A stretch of DNA of 64,000 nucleotides from Bacteroidota bacterium (GCA_041191405.1 JBEEOW010000007.1:33484-97483); one strand, 5' to 3'; positions 1 to 10,918 are shown, counted from the stretch's first letter. A program made the numbers and translations. Notes: generated by a model not told the origin, from the sequence alone.

Positions 1-273
1 ATATTTTCAGGGAATTGATCATTTAAGACTTTTACAGGTTTTTCTGAATTATGCAATTTAACATATACTTCAATATTGTTTTGTTGTTTATCTGCAATCT
101 TTTTTTGTTGTTTTAGTTTCGATAAGACAATTCTTTTTTTTGCATTTGATTCAGAATTATTTTTTTTCTCACAAGCAGAAATAATTAACAAAAGTATAGC
201 TATTTTATAAAATACATTTTTCATAATGCTCAGTTTAAAGTCAATTATCAAAAATACAGATTTGGTTAACATT

Positions 274-969
274 TCAAAACTCATCAAGATTAAATTTCAG
301 AAACTTAGCCATACTTTTAAATGATTCTTGAAAAGGCGCTTTAATAGAAACAGGTTCATTTGTAAATGGATGAGTAAATTCAAGTTTATAAGCATGTAAC
401 ATCATGTCATAAAATCCATGATTTTTCTCGAAATAATTGTTCTGTGTATTGTCTCCATGTTTTTTGTCGCCCAAAATATAATGCCTTAAATGAGCAGCAT
501 GGCGACGTAATTGATGCATTCGTCCGGTTTTGGGTAAAAATAATGCCAAAGAATATCTACTAGTTGGATAGCGTGAAACTTCAATATCTAATTCGCTGGT
601 TTGTAAACATTTGTAAGTTGTGTAAGCATCTTGAAGTTTACCATTTTCTTTCGCTAATGGTTTGTCAACAATACCCTCTTCGGGTAAATAACCTCTAACA
701 ATTGCAATATATTCTTTATGAGGTGTATGATTCATAAATTGTTTTTGCATGGCAGCATCTGCTTCACTCGAAAGTGCAAATAGCAACACACCTGCAGTTT
801 TACTATCAATTCTGTGACAAGGATAAACTCTTTGGTCTAATTGTTTATGTAAATATTGTAATGCAAATGCTTCCTTCTCTTCTGATATTTTAGTTCTATG
901 AACCAATAAGTTATGTGGCTTATTGATTGCAACATAATGTTCGTCTTGGTATAATATTTCTAATTGCAT
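274..969 (-). CDS. RluA-family pseudouridine synthase
   Basis: The motif HRIDSKTAGVLLFAL contains the catalytic Asp of the RluA/RsuA family. The length is typical at about 230 aa. The ATG at 969 is preferred over the TTG at 975 used by the ORF track. Confidence 0.8.
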   Translation of the reverse strand: MQLEILYQDEHYVAINKPHNLLVHRTKISEEKEAFALQYLHKQLDQRVYPCHRIDSKTAGVLLFALSSEADAAMQKQFMNHTPHKEYIAIVRGYLPEEGIVDKPLAKENGKLQDAYTTYKCLQTSELDIEVSRYPTSRYSLALFLPKTGRMHQLRRHAAHLRHYILGDKKHGDNTQNNYFEKNHGFYDMMLHAYKLEFTHPFTNEPVSIKAPFQESFKSMAKFLKFNLDEF

Positions 970-1032
970 ATTCAATAATTAATAACTCTATTTTGTCAAA
1001 TTAAATTCTATTTCCCTAAGTTTTCTACCCCT

Positions 1033-1389
1033 TTAACTTAAAAGAAAATCATTACAATAAGTTTTTAAATCATTAACAATTTCAATTAATGCATTTTCTG
1101 GTTTTAATTGACTATAAATCTTCCTTTCTTCATTTGGTAAATTATTTAAAAATATATCAATTTTAGAATTATTATCTTGTAATTTCAAAGAAATTCCATC
1201 AAATAAATCATAATGATGCATACAAAAACTTAAAATAATATTTTTTTCATTTTTATTAAAAACAACTTCATAAGAACCAATATTCTCTATTATAGTTTTA
1301 TGTAAAAAATGAAATCCATATTCTTTAAGAAAAGGCAATAATTTTATTTGCATTAATGTATCAAATGATTCTATTTCCTTACTTCCCAT
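1033..1389 (-). CDS. hypothetical protein (118 aa)
   Basis: Intact ORF with no recognisable motifs. Confidence 0.35.
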   Translation of the reverse strand: MGSKEIESFDTLMQIKLLPFLKEYGFHFLHKTIIENIGSYEVVFNKNEKNIILSFCMHHYDLFDGISLKLQDNNSKIDIFLNNLPNEERKIYSQLKPENALIEIVNDLKTYCNDFLLS

Positions 1390-1508
1390 TGTTTTTAAAA
1401 TTGTTGAAAGTTAATATAATTAATAATTAATAAAGTTAAAGTATTTAATAAAAATGTATTAAATCTTTTATTACAAATATTTTTTCTGGTTCAAGTTTAA
1501 TATAAGCA

Positions 1509-1533
1509 AAAAAGCCCATTAAGGGCTTTTTTG
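1509..1533. terminator. bidirectional intrinsic terminator hairpin
   Basis: The sequence aaaagccc-atta-agggctttttt has A-runs and T-runs on both sides. It lies downstream of the minus-strand gene 1576..2040. Confidence 0.6.
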
Positions 1534-1534
1534 A

Positions 1535-1590
1535 AATCTTAAATCTTAAATCTTAAATCTTAAGTCTAAAATCTTCTATCTTAATCTATC
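1535..1590. repeat. 7-bp tandem repeat (aaatctt)x4 plus degenerate units containing atcttaagtctaa
   Basis: The periodicity is visible directly in the sequence. The same module recurs at 50447-50480. Confidence 0.7.
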
Positions 1591-2040
1591 AGCAGCATTT
1601 ACTAATTTTTCATCACGTCTAATAAAACGACTAGCTAATGTATTTAAAACCATTGCCCCTACTGGCAACATAAATCCTGCACCAAATTTAGGCGCACCTT
1701 CAACAATAGAGCCACTTGTATAACCTTGGTATGCAACACAAACAAACAATGCCATGATTAAAAAGCTGTTCGCCAAACCAAGTAATAGTTGTAACGGACG
1801 TTTTTTGTATTGTAAAATAATATAAACAGATAAACCAATGATAATCAATGCTAATGCTTGAATATACCAAAGATTAGTATTTTCAACTGAACCTGCTTTA
1901 GTAACTGTTTTATAAGCAGTTGTAACAATTACTGAATCGCCTGTTTTTTCATTATTTACAGTTGCAACAGTTGCTCTTAAGAAAAAGCCTAAAACGCCAA
2001 CTACTGCAATTAAACATAAAGTTTGTATTCTCTGAATCAT
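1576..2040 (-). CDS. small integral membrane protein (4 predicted TM segments)
   Basis: Hydrophobic segments are present and the position is operon-like, directly downstream of the LMW-PTP gene. Confidence 0.5.
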   Translation of the reverse strand: MIQRIQTLCLIAVVGVLGFFLRATVATVNNEKTGDSVIVTTAYKTVTKAGSVENTNLWYIQALALIIIGLSVYIILQYKKRPLQLLLGLANSFLIMALFVCVAYQGYTSGSIVEGAPKFGAGFMLPVGAMVLNTLASRFIRRDEKLVNAADRLR

Positions 2041-2045
2041 TGTAA

Positions 2046-2528
2046 TTACTTTTTGATATTAAAATTTTTGTAAATATAATCAATTAGTGCAATTCCACCA
2101 CGATTTGTAATTTCATAAACTTCATTAAATCCCTCCATATTTCCATAATATGGGTCAGGTACATCTTTACCTTCAAAACCTTTGTCAAAATCTCTAAACA
2201 AGAAAACCTTTTTACTTGATTCATTATCAGGAGATACGGCTAAAATATCTTGAAAATTTGAATTGTCCATTGCCAAAATAATATCAAAATCTTGAAAATC
2301 TTTTTTTGATATTTGTCGGCCAAGATGCGATAATTTTATTCCATTATTTGCTAAAACTCTTAAAGTTCTTGGGTCGGCCAATTCACCAATATGATAAGCA
2401 GCAGTTCCTGCAGAATCACACTGAATTTTACTTGATAAACCCTCTTTTTCAACTAGATGCCTGAAAACGCCTTCTGCCATTGTAGATCTACAAATGTTAC
2501 CAAGGCACACAAATAATACTTTAACCAT
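2046..2528 (-). CDS. low-molecular-weight protein-tyrosine phosphatase
   Basis: The N-terminus VLFVCLGNICRSTMAEG carries the CX5R P-loop, and the protein has the C-terminal DP motif. It is 160 aa. Confidence 0.85.
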   Translation of the reverse strand: MVKVLFVCLGNICRSTMAEGVFRHLVEKEGLSSKIQCDSAGTAAYHIGELADPRTLRVLANNGIKLSHLGRQISKKDFQDFDIILAMDNSNFQDILAVSPDNESSKKVFLFRDFDKGFEGKDVPDPYYGNMEGFNEVYEITNRGGIALIDYIYKNFNIKK

Positions 2529-2532
2529 GTTA

Positions 2533-3759
2533 TTAATCTTCTAAATATTCTTGAATATCAGAATAGTTTGCTTCTAAAGTTTTTTTGATTTCTTTTTTAC
2601 TTAAATCTTGTGGCCATACTACATTCATATCATTGGTTGTAGCATCGTTTGAATTATTGTTTCCTCCAGCATCGTAGTTATTATTCATACCTTGTAATTC
2701 AATATATGGACTCATGGTGCCGTTGTAAGTTGGTTTTCCAAAATAATAACTAAACGAAAAACCTATAAACCCAGCATCTTGAATTTGAATATCTCTTCCT
2801 GCTCCTCTAAATACATTTGGTCCCCCAATTCCTGAAAGTCTTTGTGTTGAGTTTAAATTAACAACTCTGTTAGTAACAACACCTAAATTGAAAGAGAAAT
2901 ATAAGTTAGGTGTAAATGATTTGTTAATCATTAAACCTGTTAGCCATTCTGTTCTATTAAGTACTAATTCTGTTCCATCAATACCCGACCTAAAAATATT
3001 TTGGTTTGATTTGTCAATAACAAATTTATAAACTCCTCCATTTGGTCGAGTAAAAAGTCCAAAATAAGTTTTTTTAGAGATTCGAATATTGTAACTTATA
3101 TTTCTTGGAATTTGAATTAATAGAAAACTCTTGGTATAATCTCCAATCCTTACTCCTAATGTTGGCATAAATCTACCACCACCTAGTCTAAAATTATAAC
3201 TTAAACCTAATTGATAACTAAATCTGTTGTTTACACTTCTATTGTAAACCAAATCATACATATATCTCCATTTTGCTTTACCCACACTAAATCTATCTTC
3301 AGCAAAAAAACTATTTACATTCCACATAAGTATTCCTTTTTTGCCATCAAAATGAAATCCTCTTAAGCCAACTGACAGTTTTTTAAAATTTGGTTTTGAT
3401 TCGTAAAATGAGAATTGTGGATTAGAGGTTAGGATATTTCCTGTGAATAGTAATGTGAAAAATTTAGTTCTATCGTCTTTTTGAGTATATGAATTATAAA
3501 ATGGCAAAAATCCACTTAAACTTCGTTCCGAAAATCTATATTCTACTTCATTTAATAAAGGTGATTGAGTTTTTAATTTGGAAACTCCTGTTCCCCAAAC
3601 ATTTAAAGAAATAGTTGGTCGTAATTTGAATTTTTCAGGTGTTTTTGGGATTGAATCTTGGGCATTTGCAAAGCCCATTGAAGCCATTAATAATGTAAAA
3701 ATGGCTATATATTTAAAGGTAATAGTTCGCAAGTTGATGTCAGTTTTTGTTTTTGACAA
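2533..3759 (-). CDS. secreted hypothetical protein (signal peptide; possibly outer-membrane associated)
   Basis: It has an N-terminal signal peptide ending ANAQ and a composition rich in beta-strand-forming residues. There is no catalytic motif. Confidence 0.45.
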   Translation of the reverse strand: MSKTKTDINLRTITFKYIAIFTLLMASMGFANAQDSIPKTPEKFKLRPTISLNVWGTGVSKLKTQSPLLNEVEYRFSERSLSGFLPFYNSYTQKDDRTKFFTLLFTGNILTSNPQFSFYESKPNFKKLSVGLRGFHFDGKKGILMWNVNSFFAEDRFSVGKAKWRYMYDLVYNRSVNNRFSYQLGLSYNFRLGGGRFMPTLGVRIGDYTKSFLLIQIPRNISYNIRISKKTYFGLFTRPNGGVYKFVIDKSNQNIFRSGIDGTELVLNRTEWLTGLMINKSFTPNLYFSFNLGVVTNRVVNLNSTQRLSGIGGPNVFRGAGRDIQIQDAGFIGFSFSYYFGKPTYNGTMSPYIELQGMNNNYDAGGNNNSNDATTNDMNVVWPQDLSKKEIKKTLEANYSDIQEYLED

Positions 3760-3826
3760 TTATATATTCCAAAAGTTTAATTGGGAATCTAAATTTAGTA
3801 ATAATTTTGTAAAAACCTTTTCAATT

Positions 3827-5011
3827 ATGATTACTAACAGACAACTATTTCAACAAAATCTTGCTCAAACATCAGACTTCCCGTTAGCCTTAGAAATTCA
3901 TAAAGCTGAAGGAGTGTATTTATATGGAGAAAATGACAAAAAATATGTTGATTTAATTTCAGGAATTGCTGTTAGTAATGTTGGGCACCGAAACCCAAAA
4001 GTAGTTGAAGCTATAAAAAATCAAGTTGACCAATATATGCACTTATTGGTGTATGGCGAGTTCATACAAGCTCCTCAGGTTCAATTAGCTAATGCTATTT
4101 GTAAAACTTTACCTTCAACGCTTGACAATGTTTATTTTGTAAATTCTGGCACCGAAGCTATTGAAGGTGCAATGAAATTAGCCAAACGATATACTGGTAA
4201 ATCTGAAATCATTTCATGTTTTGATGCCTATCACGGTTCGTCACAAGGTGCATTGTCGATAATGGGAAGTGAGGTTTTTAAAAATGCTTTCAGACCATTA
4301 CTTCCAGGAGTTAAAAATATTCGATACGGTGCTTTTGATGATTTAAACCAAATCACTACTAATACTGCATGTATTATTATTGAAACTATTCAAGGTGAAG
4401 CAGGTGTTAGAGTTGCGAGTAAAGATTATTTTAAGGCGCTGCGAAAGAAATGTGATGAAACTGGCACTTTATTAATTTTGGATGAAATTCAATCAGGTTT
4501 TGGTAGAACAGGTACTTTTTGGGCATTTGAACAGTTTGATATTGTACCTGATATTTTTGTTACTGCCAAAGGTATGGGCGGAGGAATGCCAATTGGGGCA
4601 TTTGTTTCTTCAAATAAAATAATGTCGGCATTGAAAAATAACCCAATTTTGGGACATATTACCACATTTGGCGGACATCCAGTTTGTTGTGCAGCTTCAT
4701 TGGCTACTTTAAATTATATACTTGATGAAAAACTTTGTGAGTCGGTTAAAGAGAAAGAACAATTATTTAAAACCTTATTAGTTCACGAAAAAATAAAGGA
4801 ATTTAGAAGTGCAGGTTTAATGATGGCTGTTGAATTTGATTCCTTTGAAACTTTAAAAGCTATTATAGATAAAGCTATAGAATTTGGAGTAATTACAGAT
4901 TGGTTTTTATTTTGTGATAATTCAATGCGTATTGCACCACCTTTAACTATTACCACTGAAGAAATTGCTTATTCTTGTAAAATTATTTTAAAAGCAATTG
5001 ATATTATTTAA
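3827..5011 (+). CDS. class-III pyridoxal-phosphate aminotransferase (acetylornithine/ornithine aminotransferase family)
   Basis: Motifs LISGIAVSNVGHRNP, LILDEIQSGFGRTG and TAKGMGGGMPIGA are present. The start was moved to the ATG at 3827 (MITNRQ), because the ORF-track start at 3578 would overlap the convergent upstream gene. Confidence 0.8.
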   Translation: MITNRQLFQQNLAQTSDFPLALEIHKAEGVYLYGENDKKYVDLISGIAVSNVGHRNPKVVEAIKNQVDQYMHLLVYGEFIQAPQVQLANAICKTLPSTLDNVYFVNSGTEAIEGAMKLAKRYTGKSEIISCFDAYHGSSQGALSIMGSEVFKNAFRPLLPGVKNIRYGAFDDLNQITTNTACIIIETIQGEAGVRVASKDYFKALRKKCDETGTLLILDEIQSGFGRTGTFWAFEQFDIVPDIFVTAKGMGGGMPIGAFVSSNKIMSALKNNPILGHITTFGGHPVCCAASLATLNYILDEKLCESVKEKEQLFKTLLVHEKIKEFRSAGLMMAVEFDSFETLKAIIDKAIEFGVITDWFLFCDNSMRIAPPLTITTEEIAYSCKIILKAIDII

Positions 5012-5022
5012 ATAATAAATAT

Positions 5023-5994
5023 ATGAAAATCAAATATATAAATACATTATATTTAAGTATTACTTTATTGTTATTTTTATCTTTAAATAACTGTAAGGTA
5101 AACAAAGAACAAAGTAAAATTTCTGAATACAAAACTGAAAATATCATCGTTTTGGTAATGGATGGACCTCGATATTCAGAAACTTGGGGAGATTCTACTC
5201 ACCAGTATATTCCATTTATGGCTAATAAAATGGCAAAATCTGGGGTAATATTTACAAATTTTTTCAACGATGGGTTTACTTATACTAGCTCTGGGCACAC
5301 TGCTATTTGTACAGGATTTAAGCAAGAAGTTGAAAATTCCAAAGGAAATCAACTTCCAAGTTATCCTTCGTATTTTCAATATTATCTTAAAAAAACGAAT
5401 GCACCAAGCGAAAGTGCTTACATTATTACTTCAAAAGATAAATTACAGATTTTAGCAAATTGCGAAAATGTTGACTTTAAAAACAAGTATAATCCAATTG
5501 CTGATTGTGGTATAAACGGACTTGGTTCTGGTTATAGAAATGACACAACAACTTTCAGAAAAACAATTGAAATCTTAAATATAAAACAGCCTAAACTGCT
5601 ATTAGTCAACTTTAAAGAGCCAGATGTATCAGGGCATGCAAACAAGTGGAACGATTATTTGAAAGGAATAAAAACCTCAGATAGTTTGATTTATGAAATT
5701 TGGAAATTCATACAAAATGACCCAAAATATAAAAACAAAACTACCCTATTTGTTACCAATGATCATGGTCGTCATTTAAATGGAATAAAAGACGGATTCG
5801 TAAATCATGGTTGCCCATGCGATGGTTGCCGACATATTAATTTATTTGTCATGGGACCTGATTTTAAGAAAAATTTAATCATAAAAAACACTTATAATCA
5901 AGTAGATATCACAGCAACCATTGCTGAGTTACTATCCATTGAAATGCCTTTTGCACAAGGAAAATCAATAGATGAATTGTTTATTGAGGATTAA
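5023..5994 (+). CDS. alkaline-phosphatase-superfamily metalloenzyme-like lipoprotein
   Basis: It has a signal peptide with a lipobox-like LNNC. VLVMDGPRYSETWGD and TNDHGRH...NHGCPCDGCRH resemble the AP-superfamily metal-binding core. The family assignment is tentative. Confidence 0.45.
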   Translation: MKIKYINTLYLSITLLLFLSLNNCKVNKEQSKISEYKTENIIVLVMDGPRYSETWGDSTHQYIPFMANKMAKSGVIFTNFFNDGFTYTSSGHTAICTGFKQEVENSKGNQLPSYPSYFQYYLKKTNAPSESAYIITSKDKLQILANCENVDFKNKYNPIADCGINGLGSGYRNDTTTFRKTIEILNIKQPKLLLVNFKEPDVSGHANKWNDYLKGIKTSDSLIYEIWKFIQNDPKYKNKTTLFVTNDHGRHLNGIKDGFVNHGCPCDGCRHINLFVMGPDFKKNLIIKNTYNQVDITATIAELLSIEMPFAQGKSIDELFIED

Positions 5995-6004
5995 CTATAC
6001 TATT

Positions 6005-7096
6005 ATGAATATTCAATATATTATAATATTTACAAGTCTATTATATTTTTTATTAACGTGGTATATCTTTGGTAAAGATGTTAAAATCAAAGATTTAAAT
6101 ACCATAAATAAAGATTCTAAATTCAATTTTACTCCAGCTTTTGCTGAATATTTAAAAACACAATTTGTAAACCCTAAAATATTGTTTTTTACAATATTGA
6201 ATTTAGCATACAAAAAAGCGTTAATAATTACTGATAATCAGAAAGAATCATGGAAAGATAGCTATGTGTATATTTTAAGAAAATCAAATACATTACCAGA
6301 TGGTTTAGAGGAAGAAGAGCAAACAGTCTTAAATAACTTATTTTCAAGTAGAAATGAAATAATATTTAATAGATTAAATGCGAGAACATTGTTTTTGCAA
6401 CAATACGCTTTTATTGAAAATATATACAAAAAGAAGTATCCTTTAAAAAAGTATGTAACTAGCAATTGGCTACTAATATTTACTAACATTGTAGTGTTTA
6501 TTGCATCAATATATTTGCTAAAGTTTGTTGGGATGAAGTTTGAATTATGGTTGTACTATTTTCTGTTTATATTTTTAGTTATTCCTTTACTTATTGGCGA
6601 GTATATTTGGGGTACTTTAAAAACTAAAAAAGGATTGGTTGGATTAATATTCATTTTCCCTTTATGGACATTTGTAACTTTTGTTGCTTTTCAAGGTTAT
6701 AGAGCAATATTTCTTAATTTAAACGCATTTGATTCCTTGTTAATGACCATTTTAACATTGGGCTTTTACTTTAATTTGAGATTTATAAAGCGAAAAACCA
6801 ATATTGGAGAGTTGGCACAAACCGAAATTAACAATCATAGAAAATTTTTAATGAATTATAAAATGTCAACAAATAATGCTGAAAATCAATTGTTTTACGA
6901 GCAAAATATAGCATTTGCACTACATTTTGAAATAGAAAAAGAATGGGTTCAAAAATTTAAACCAATTTTGGATTCATTTGATAATTATAATACTAGTTTT
7001 CAAGTTTTTGGTGGACACACAGCTTTTGCTAAAGATAATTATTTTAAGTTCATAAAAACATTTGAAATAATTACAAAGCCTAAAAATAATAATTAG
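6005..7096 (+). CDS. polytopic membrane protein, hypothetical
   Basis: There are multiple hydrophobic helices. The start at 6005 (MNIQY) is preferred because it avoids overlap with the upstream gene. Confidence 0.5.
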   Translation: MNIQYIIIFTSLLYFLLTWYIFGKDVKIKDLNTINKDSKFNFTPAFAEYLKTQFVNPKILFFTILNLAYKKALIITDNQKESWKDSYVYILRKSNTLPDGLEEEEQTVLNNLFSSRNEIIFNRLNARTLFLQQYAFIENIYKKKYPLKKYVTSNWLLIFTNIVVFIASIYLLKFVGMKFELWLYYFLFIFLVIPLLIGEYIWGTLKTKKGLVGLIFIFPLWTFVTFVAFQGYRAIFLNLNAFDSLLMTILTLGFYFNLRFIKRKTNIGELAQTEINNHRKFLMNYKMSTNNAENQLFYEQNIAFALHFEIEKEWVQKFKPILDSFDNYNTSFQVFGGHTAFAKDNYFKFIKTFEIITKPKNNN

Positions 7097-7710
7097 GGAA
7101 TAGCTATTAATTCAAATTCAGCGGATTCATTTTTTAGTAAATCTATAAGTAAGTAAGCCATATCATGTTTTTCAATTATAAAATTATCAAAAGGAAGTTG
7201 TTTAATATTTTCTTTAAATTGCTTTATTGAATATCTTTTCATTGATTTATAAAACTCATCTCCAACTTTTTCAACTAATAGATATGTTGGATTATATTGC
7301 ATATTTGTATCTAAAAATATTTGCTGTTTTATAATTTTTAATAAATATATACTATAATGATTATCAATTTGATACGAAGGTATTTTATTTCTAATTACTG
7401 ATTCTGCATCAATTCGATTTCTTAAATCATTAATTGCATTTTGTAATTCAAATCCAGAATTATAAACAAACACTCTCCTATCTTTTTTATAAATGATATG
7501 ATAACCAAACCCGACAGGTAATTTTGTAATGTCTTTTGAATTTATGTACTTTTTTGATTGTATTGTAAAACAGTAAAAGTTTTCTAAATCTTGGAAATTA
7601 TTTAAAGTAAATTCATCACCGTAATTACTTAAAATATAATCGTTTGCTATGATTTTGAAATCTATTTTTTGAATTAAGTTATTCATCTGAAGTTCTTGAA
7701 ATTTTTTCAT
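7093..7710 (-). CDS. hypothetical protein
   Basis: Intact ORF that overlaps the upstream lipoprotein gene in an operon-like arrangement. Confidence 0.4.
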   Translation of the reverse strand: MKKFQELQMNNLIQKIDFKIIANDYILSNYGDEFTLNNFQDLENFYCFTIQSKKYINSKDITKLPVGFGYHIIYKKDRRVFVYNSGFELQNAINDLRNRIDAESVIRNKIPSYQIDNHYSIYLLKIIKQQIFLDTNMQYNPTYLLVEKVGDEFYKSMKRYSIKQFKENIKQLPFDNFIIEKHDMAYLLIDLLKNESAEFELIAIP

Positions 7711-8329
7711 ATAAATACTTAGTTTTTTCTACTAAGATGGAATCTGATTTTATTACTTTTTTATCAAACTTTATATTATCAAGATTGTACTTTTCAAAAG
7801 ATTTAGTGTGTAAAAATCTATTTAATGAAACAGTATTTTGTTGATTAAAAGTATAAATATTTTCTTCGGCTTTATATATGGTATTTTTATTTTCTGTTCC
7901 AAAATCTAAGATATCTAAATTCTCTTTTCTGTAATAAATTAACTTACTGTTTTTTAGAACAAATTGATCATTACTATATCCATAATCTCCACAATCATGT
8001 AAAAATATATATAATTCTACCATTTCTTGTTCATTAAAAAGTTTAATCATTGAAAAACAACAATCTCCGCCACAAATATCAAACAGATAACTTTTTTGTG
8101 TTGATGATTTAGATTCTAATTCGCTTCTTAAGCTATCTATATAACTATTAAAATTGACATTAAAATACGAACTATCAGAACTTGAAAACTCATAATCATT
8201 TTCATTATTTATATTATCGGTTTTGATTGAATCATTATTTTGATTGCTATTCTTAACATCTTTATTTTTTTCATTACAACTTGAAAGTAAGAACAGAAAA
8301 ATTATAACCAACTTAATTTTTTTATTCAT
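7679..8329 (-). CDS. hypothetical lipoprotein
   Basis: The sequence MNKKIKLVIIFLFLLSSC has a lipobox LSSC after the internal ATG at 8329. Confidence 0.45.
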   Translation of the reverse strand: MNKKIKLVIIFLFLLSSCNEKNKDVKNSNQNNDSIKTDNINNENDYEFSSSDSSYFNVNFNSYIDSLRSELESKSSTQKSYLFDICGGDCCFSMIKLFNEQEMVELYIFLHDCGDYGYSNDQFVLKNSKLIYYRKENLDILDFGTENKNTIYKAEENIYTFNQQNTVSLNRFLHTKSFEKYNLDNIKFDKKVIKSDSILVEKTKYLYEKISRTSDE

Positions 8330-8461
8330 TATATTTTTTTGCCAAATTATAAAAATATTATTCAATTAACACCAAAAACTCGCAAATTCCCCACTTTCAT
8401 ATTAGTTTTATTTAACAAAAAACATTTTCTTTGTTTATACTTGTAATATAGTTTTTAATCA

Positions 8462-9457
8462 TTGATTCGCATGGCAATTTCGGCAGAAGAGCAAACTCGT
8501 ATTTATCTCGAAAAAATTCAAAATATACAGAATGAACTTTCAAAAGTAGTTGTTGGTCAGCAATATATGGTTAACAGGTTGTTAATTGGCTTGTTTACTA
8601 ACGGACATATTTTGCTTGAAGGTGTTCCGGGTTTGGCTAAAACGCTTACTGTAAATACCTTAGCAAAAGTACTTGCTTTGAAGTTTAACAGAATTCAGTT
8701 TACTCCCGATTTGTTACCTTCTGATTTGGTTGGAACAATGATTTACAATCAAAAAGAAGGCATTTTTGAAGTTAAAAAAGGTCCAATTTTCGCCAATATT
8801 ATACTTGCCGATGAGGTAAACCGTTCGCCAGCAAAAGTACAATCTGCCCTACTTGAATGTATGCAAGAAAAGCAAGTTACACTTGGCGAAACTACCTATA
8901 TGCTTGAGCAACCTTTCTTGGTTTTGGCTACTCAAAATCCTGTAGATCAGGAAGGTACATATCCCCTACCTGAAGCTCAAATGGATAGGTTTATGATGAA
9001 AGTGTATGTAGATTACCTAAGCAAAGAAGATGAATTGGAGGTAATGCGTAGAATGGCAAACATGAGCTATGCACCAACAATTAACGCTTGGGTTACAAGA
9101 GAAGATATTCAAGGAATTAGAAAAGAAATAAATCAAGTAAATATTTCAGAACAGCTTGAAAAATACATTATTGAGTTGATTTTTGCTACTCGTCGCCCAC
9201 AAGAATATGGCTTAAAAGACGAGGCAAATTATATTCAATTTGGTGCATCGCCTCGTGCAAGTATCAGTATGAATTTAGCTGCAAAAGCTATTGCATACTT
9301 CGGTGGACGAGATTATGTATTACCCGAAGATATTAAAGATGTGGCAATGGATGTACTGAATCACAGGGTTTTACTGAATTACGAAGCCGAAGCTGATGGA
9401 GTAACTAGTCGCCAAATTATAGATAGTATTTTGAAAAAAGTAGCAATTAATAAGTAA
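8462..9457 (+). CDS. MoxR-family AAA+ ATPase
   Basis: It has the Walker A motif GVPGLAKT, and the length and conserved C-terminal region are typical of MoxR/RavA ATPases. Confidence 0.85.
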   Translation: MIRMAISAEEQTRIYLEKIQNIQNELSKVVVGQQYMVNRLLIGLFTNGHILLEGVPGLAKTLTVNTLAKVLALKFNRIQFTPDLLPSDLVGTMIYNQKEGIFEVKKGPIFANIILADEVNRSPAKVQSALLECMQEKQVTLGETTYMLEQPFLVLATQNPVDQEGTYPLPEAQMDRFMMKVYVDYLSKEDELEVMRRMANMSYAPTINAWVTREDIQGIRKEINQVNISEQLEKYIIELIFATRRPQEYGLKDEANYIQFGASPRASISMNLAAKAIAYFGGRDYVLPEDIKDVAMDVLNHRVLLNYEAEADGVTSRQIIDSILKKVAINK

Positions 9458-9472
9458 TTAAAATTTTTATAT

Positions 9473-10798
9473 ATGGACAATAAAGCATTGATTGATAGTT
9501 TATTAAATGCACTTTCATTTTCGCCTAATAATGTACCTTTGCGTTTACAAATTGCTGATTTGTTGGTAAAAGACGGTGAATTTGACAAGGCCATTGAGCA
9601 ATACACTAAAATAATTGAAATTGAGCCAAGTAATGCGCCAGCTAAATTTTTATTAGCACAGCAATATTACAATGTTGGTAAAATTTCGGTAGCAGCAGTT
9701 TTGCTTGATGAATTGTTGGCAATAAATGATTCGGTGCCTGATTTTTTACTGTTACTTGCTAAAATTCAACACAAGGAAGGCAATAAAGAAGAATGTTTAA
9801 ATACATATCAAAAACTACTGTCAATCAATCCATTATATACTGACGAAGAGCTTGACAATGTGTATCGCACGCCCTCAAATGATGCATTGTTTAATATAGT
9901 TGAGGAAATTGAAGATGGTTTTTCGGATTATATGATTTCAAAACCAGATGTTAATTTTTCGCATGTTGGTGGATTAGAGGATATTAAAAAAGAGGTTAAC
10001 TTAAAAATAATTGCGCCATTCAAAAATCCTGATTTGTTCAAGATGTATGGCAAAAAAGCTGGAGGTGGGATTTTGTTATACGGTCCTCCAGGTTGTGGAA
10101 AAACATTTTTAGCCAAAGCTACAGCTGGAGAAATCAATGCAAACTTCTTTAATGTTGGCATAAGCGATATTTTAGATATGTGGATTGGTAACAGCGAAAA
10201 AAACTTACACAATATTTTTGAGTTAGCTCGTAGAAAAAAACCTTGTGTACTGTTTTTTGACGAAGTAGATGCACTTGGAGCCAATAGAAATGACATGAAA
10301 AACTCAGCTGGTCGCCAAGTGATTAATCAATTTTTGGCAGAACTTGATGGTGTAGATACTGATAATGAAGGTGTTTTGATTTTAGCTGCAACCAATGCTC
10401 CTTGGCATTTAGACCCAGCTTTTCGTCGCCCAGGCAGGTTTGATAGAATTCTGTTTGTAGCTCCACCTGATGCTCCTGCAAGAGTTGAAATGTTTAAATC
10501 AATGTTGGCAGACAAACCAATTACTGATATTGATTATAATGCTTTGGCTAAAATTACTGATGGCTATTCAGGAGCTGATATTAAATCAATTATCGACAAA
10601 GCAATTGAAGGTGTACTTGAACAAGTAATGTTAACAGGCAACCCAATACCTTTGACAACCAATATGTTACTTGCTGCAGCTAAAAAGTCTGTCCCTTCAA
10701 CTGCTGAATGGTTAAGTACTGCAAAAAACTATGCTGTATATTCAAATGAAGCTGGTCAATATGATGAAATATTGAAATATTTAAAGTTGAAAAAATAG
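9473..10798 (+). CDS. TPR-repeat protein fused to a classical AAA ATPase domain (CDC48/FtsH clade)
   Basis: N-terminal TPR-like repeats are followed by Walker A LLYGPPGCGKTFLAKA, Walker B VLFFDEVDALG, and the second region of homology TNAPWHLDPAFRRPGRFDR. Confidence 0.8.
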   Translation: MDNKALIDSLLNALSFSPNNVPLRLQIADLLVKDGEFDKAIEQYTKIIEIEPSNAPAKFLLAQQYYNVGKISVAAVLLDELLAINDSVPDFLLLLAKIQHKEGNKEECLNTYQKLLSINPLYTDEELDNVYRTPSNDALFNIVEEIEDGFSDYMISKPDVNFSHVGGLEDIKKEVNLKIIAPFKNPDLFKMYGKKAGGGILLYGPPGCGKTFLAKATAGEINANFFNVGISDILDMWIGNSEKNLHNIFELARRKKPCVLFFDEVDALGANRNDMKNSAGRQVINQFLAELDGVDTDNEGVLILAATNAPWHLDPAFRRPGRFDRILFVAPPDAPARVEMFKSMLADKPITDIDYNALAKITDGYSGADIKSIIDKAIEGVLEQVMLTGNPIPLTTNMLLAAAKKSVPSTAEWLSTAKNYAVYSNEAGQYDEILKYLKLKK

Positions 10799-10918
10799 AT
10801 ATCATAGGATTTTCAAAGAAAATCAAAACTTATATGGTTTAAAGAATAAAATTATACTTCATTAAGTACATATAAGAGGATTTATTCTAAATCCGTTATT
10901 ACCATTAAACTATAAAAA

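Noticed and set aside
3578-3826. ORF-track start of the aminotransferase at 3578
   Set aside because: That start would overlap the convergent gene 2533..3759 by 180 nt. The internal ATG at 3827 (MITNRQ) gives a normal-length class-III aminotransferase.
5176-5455. Small antisense or nested ORFs from the track (5176..5379, 5270..5455, 6013..6213, 9928..10296 and similar)
   Set aside because: Each lies entirely inside a longer ORF that has clear family motifs. They have no independent support.
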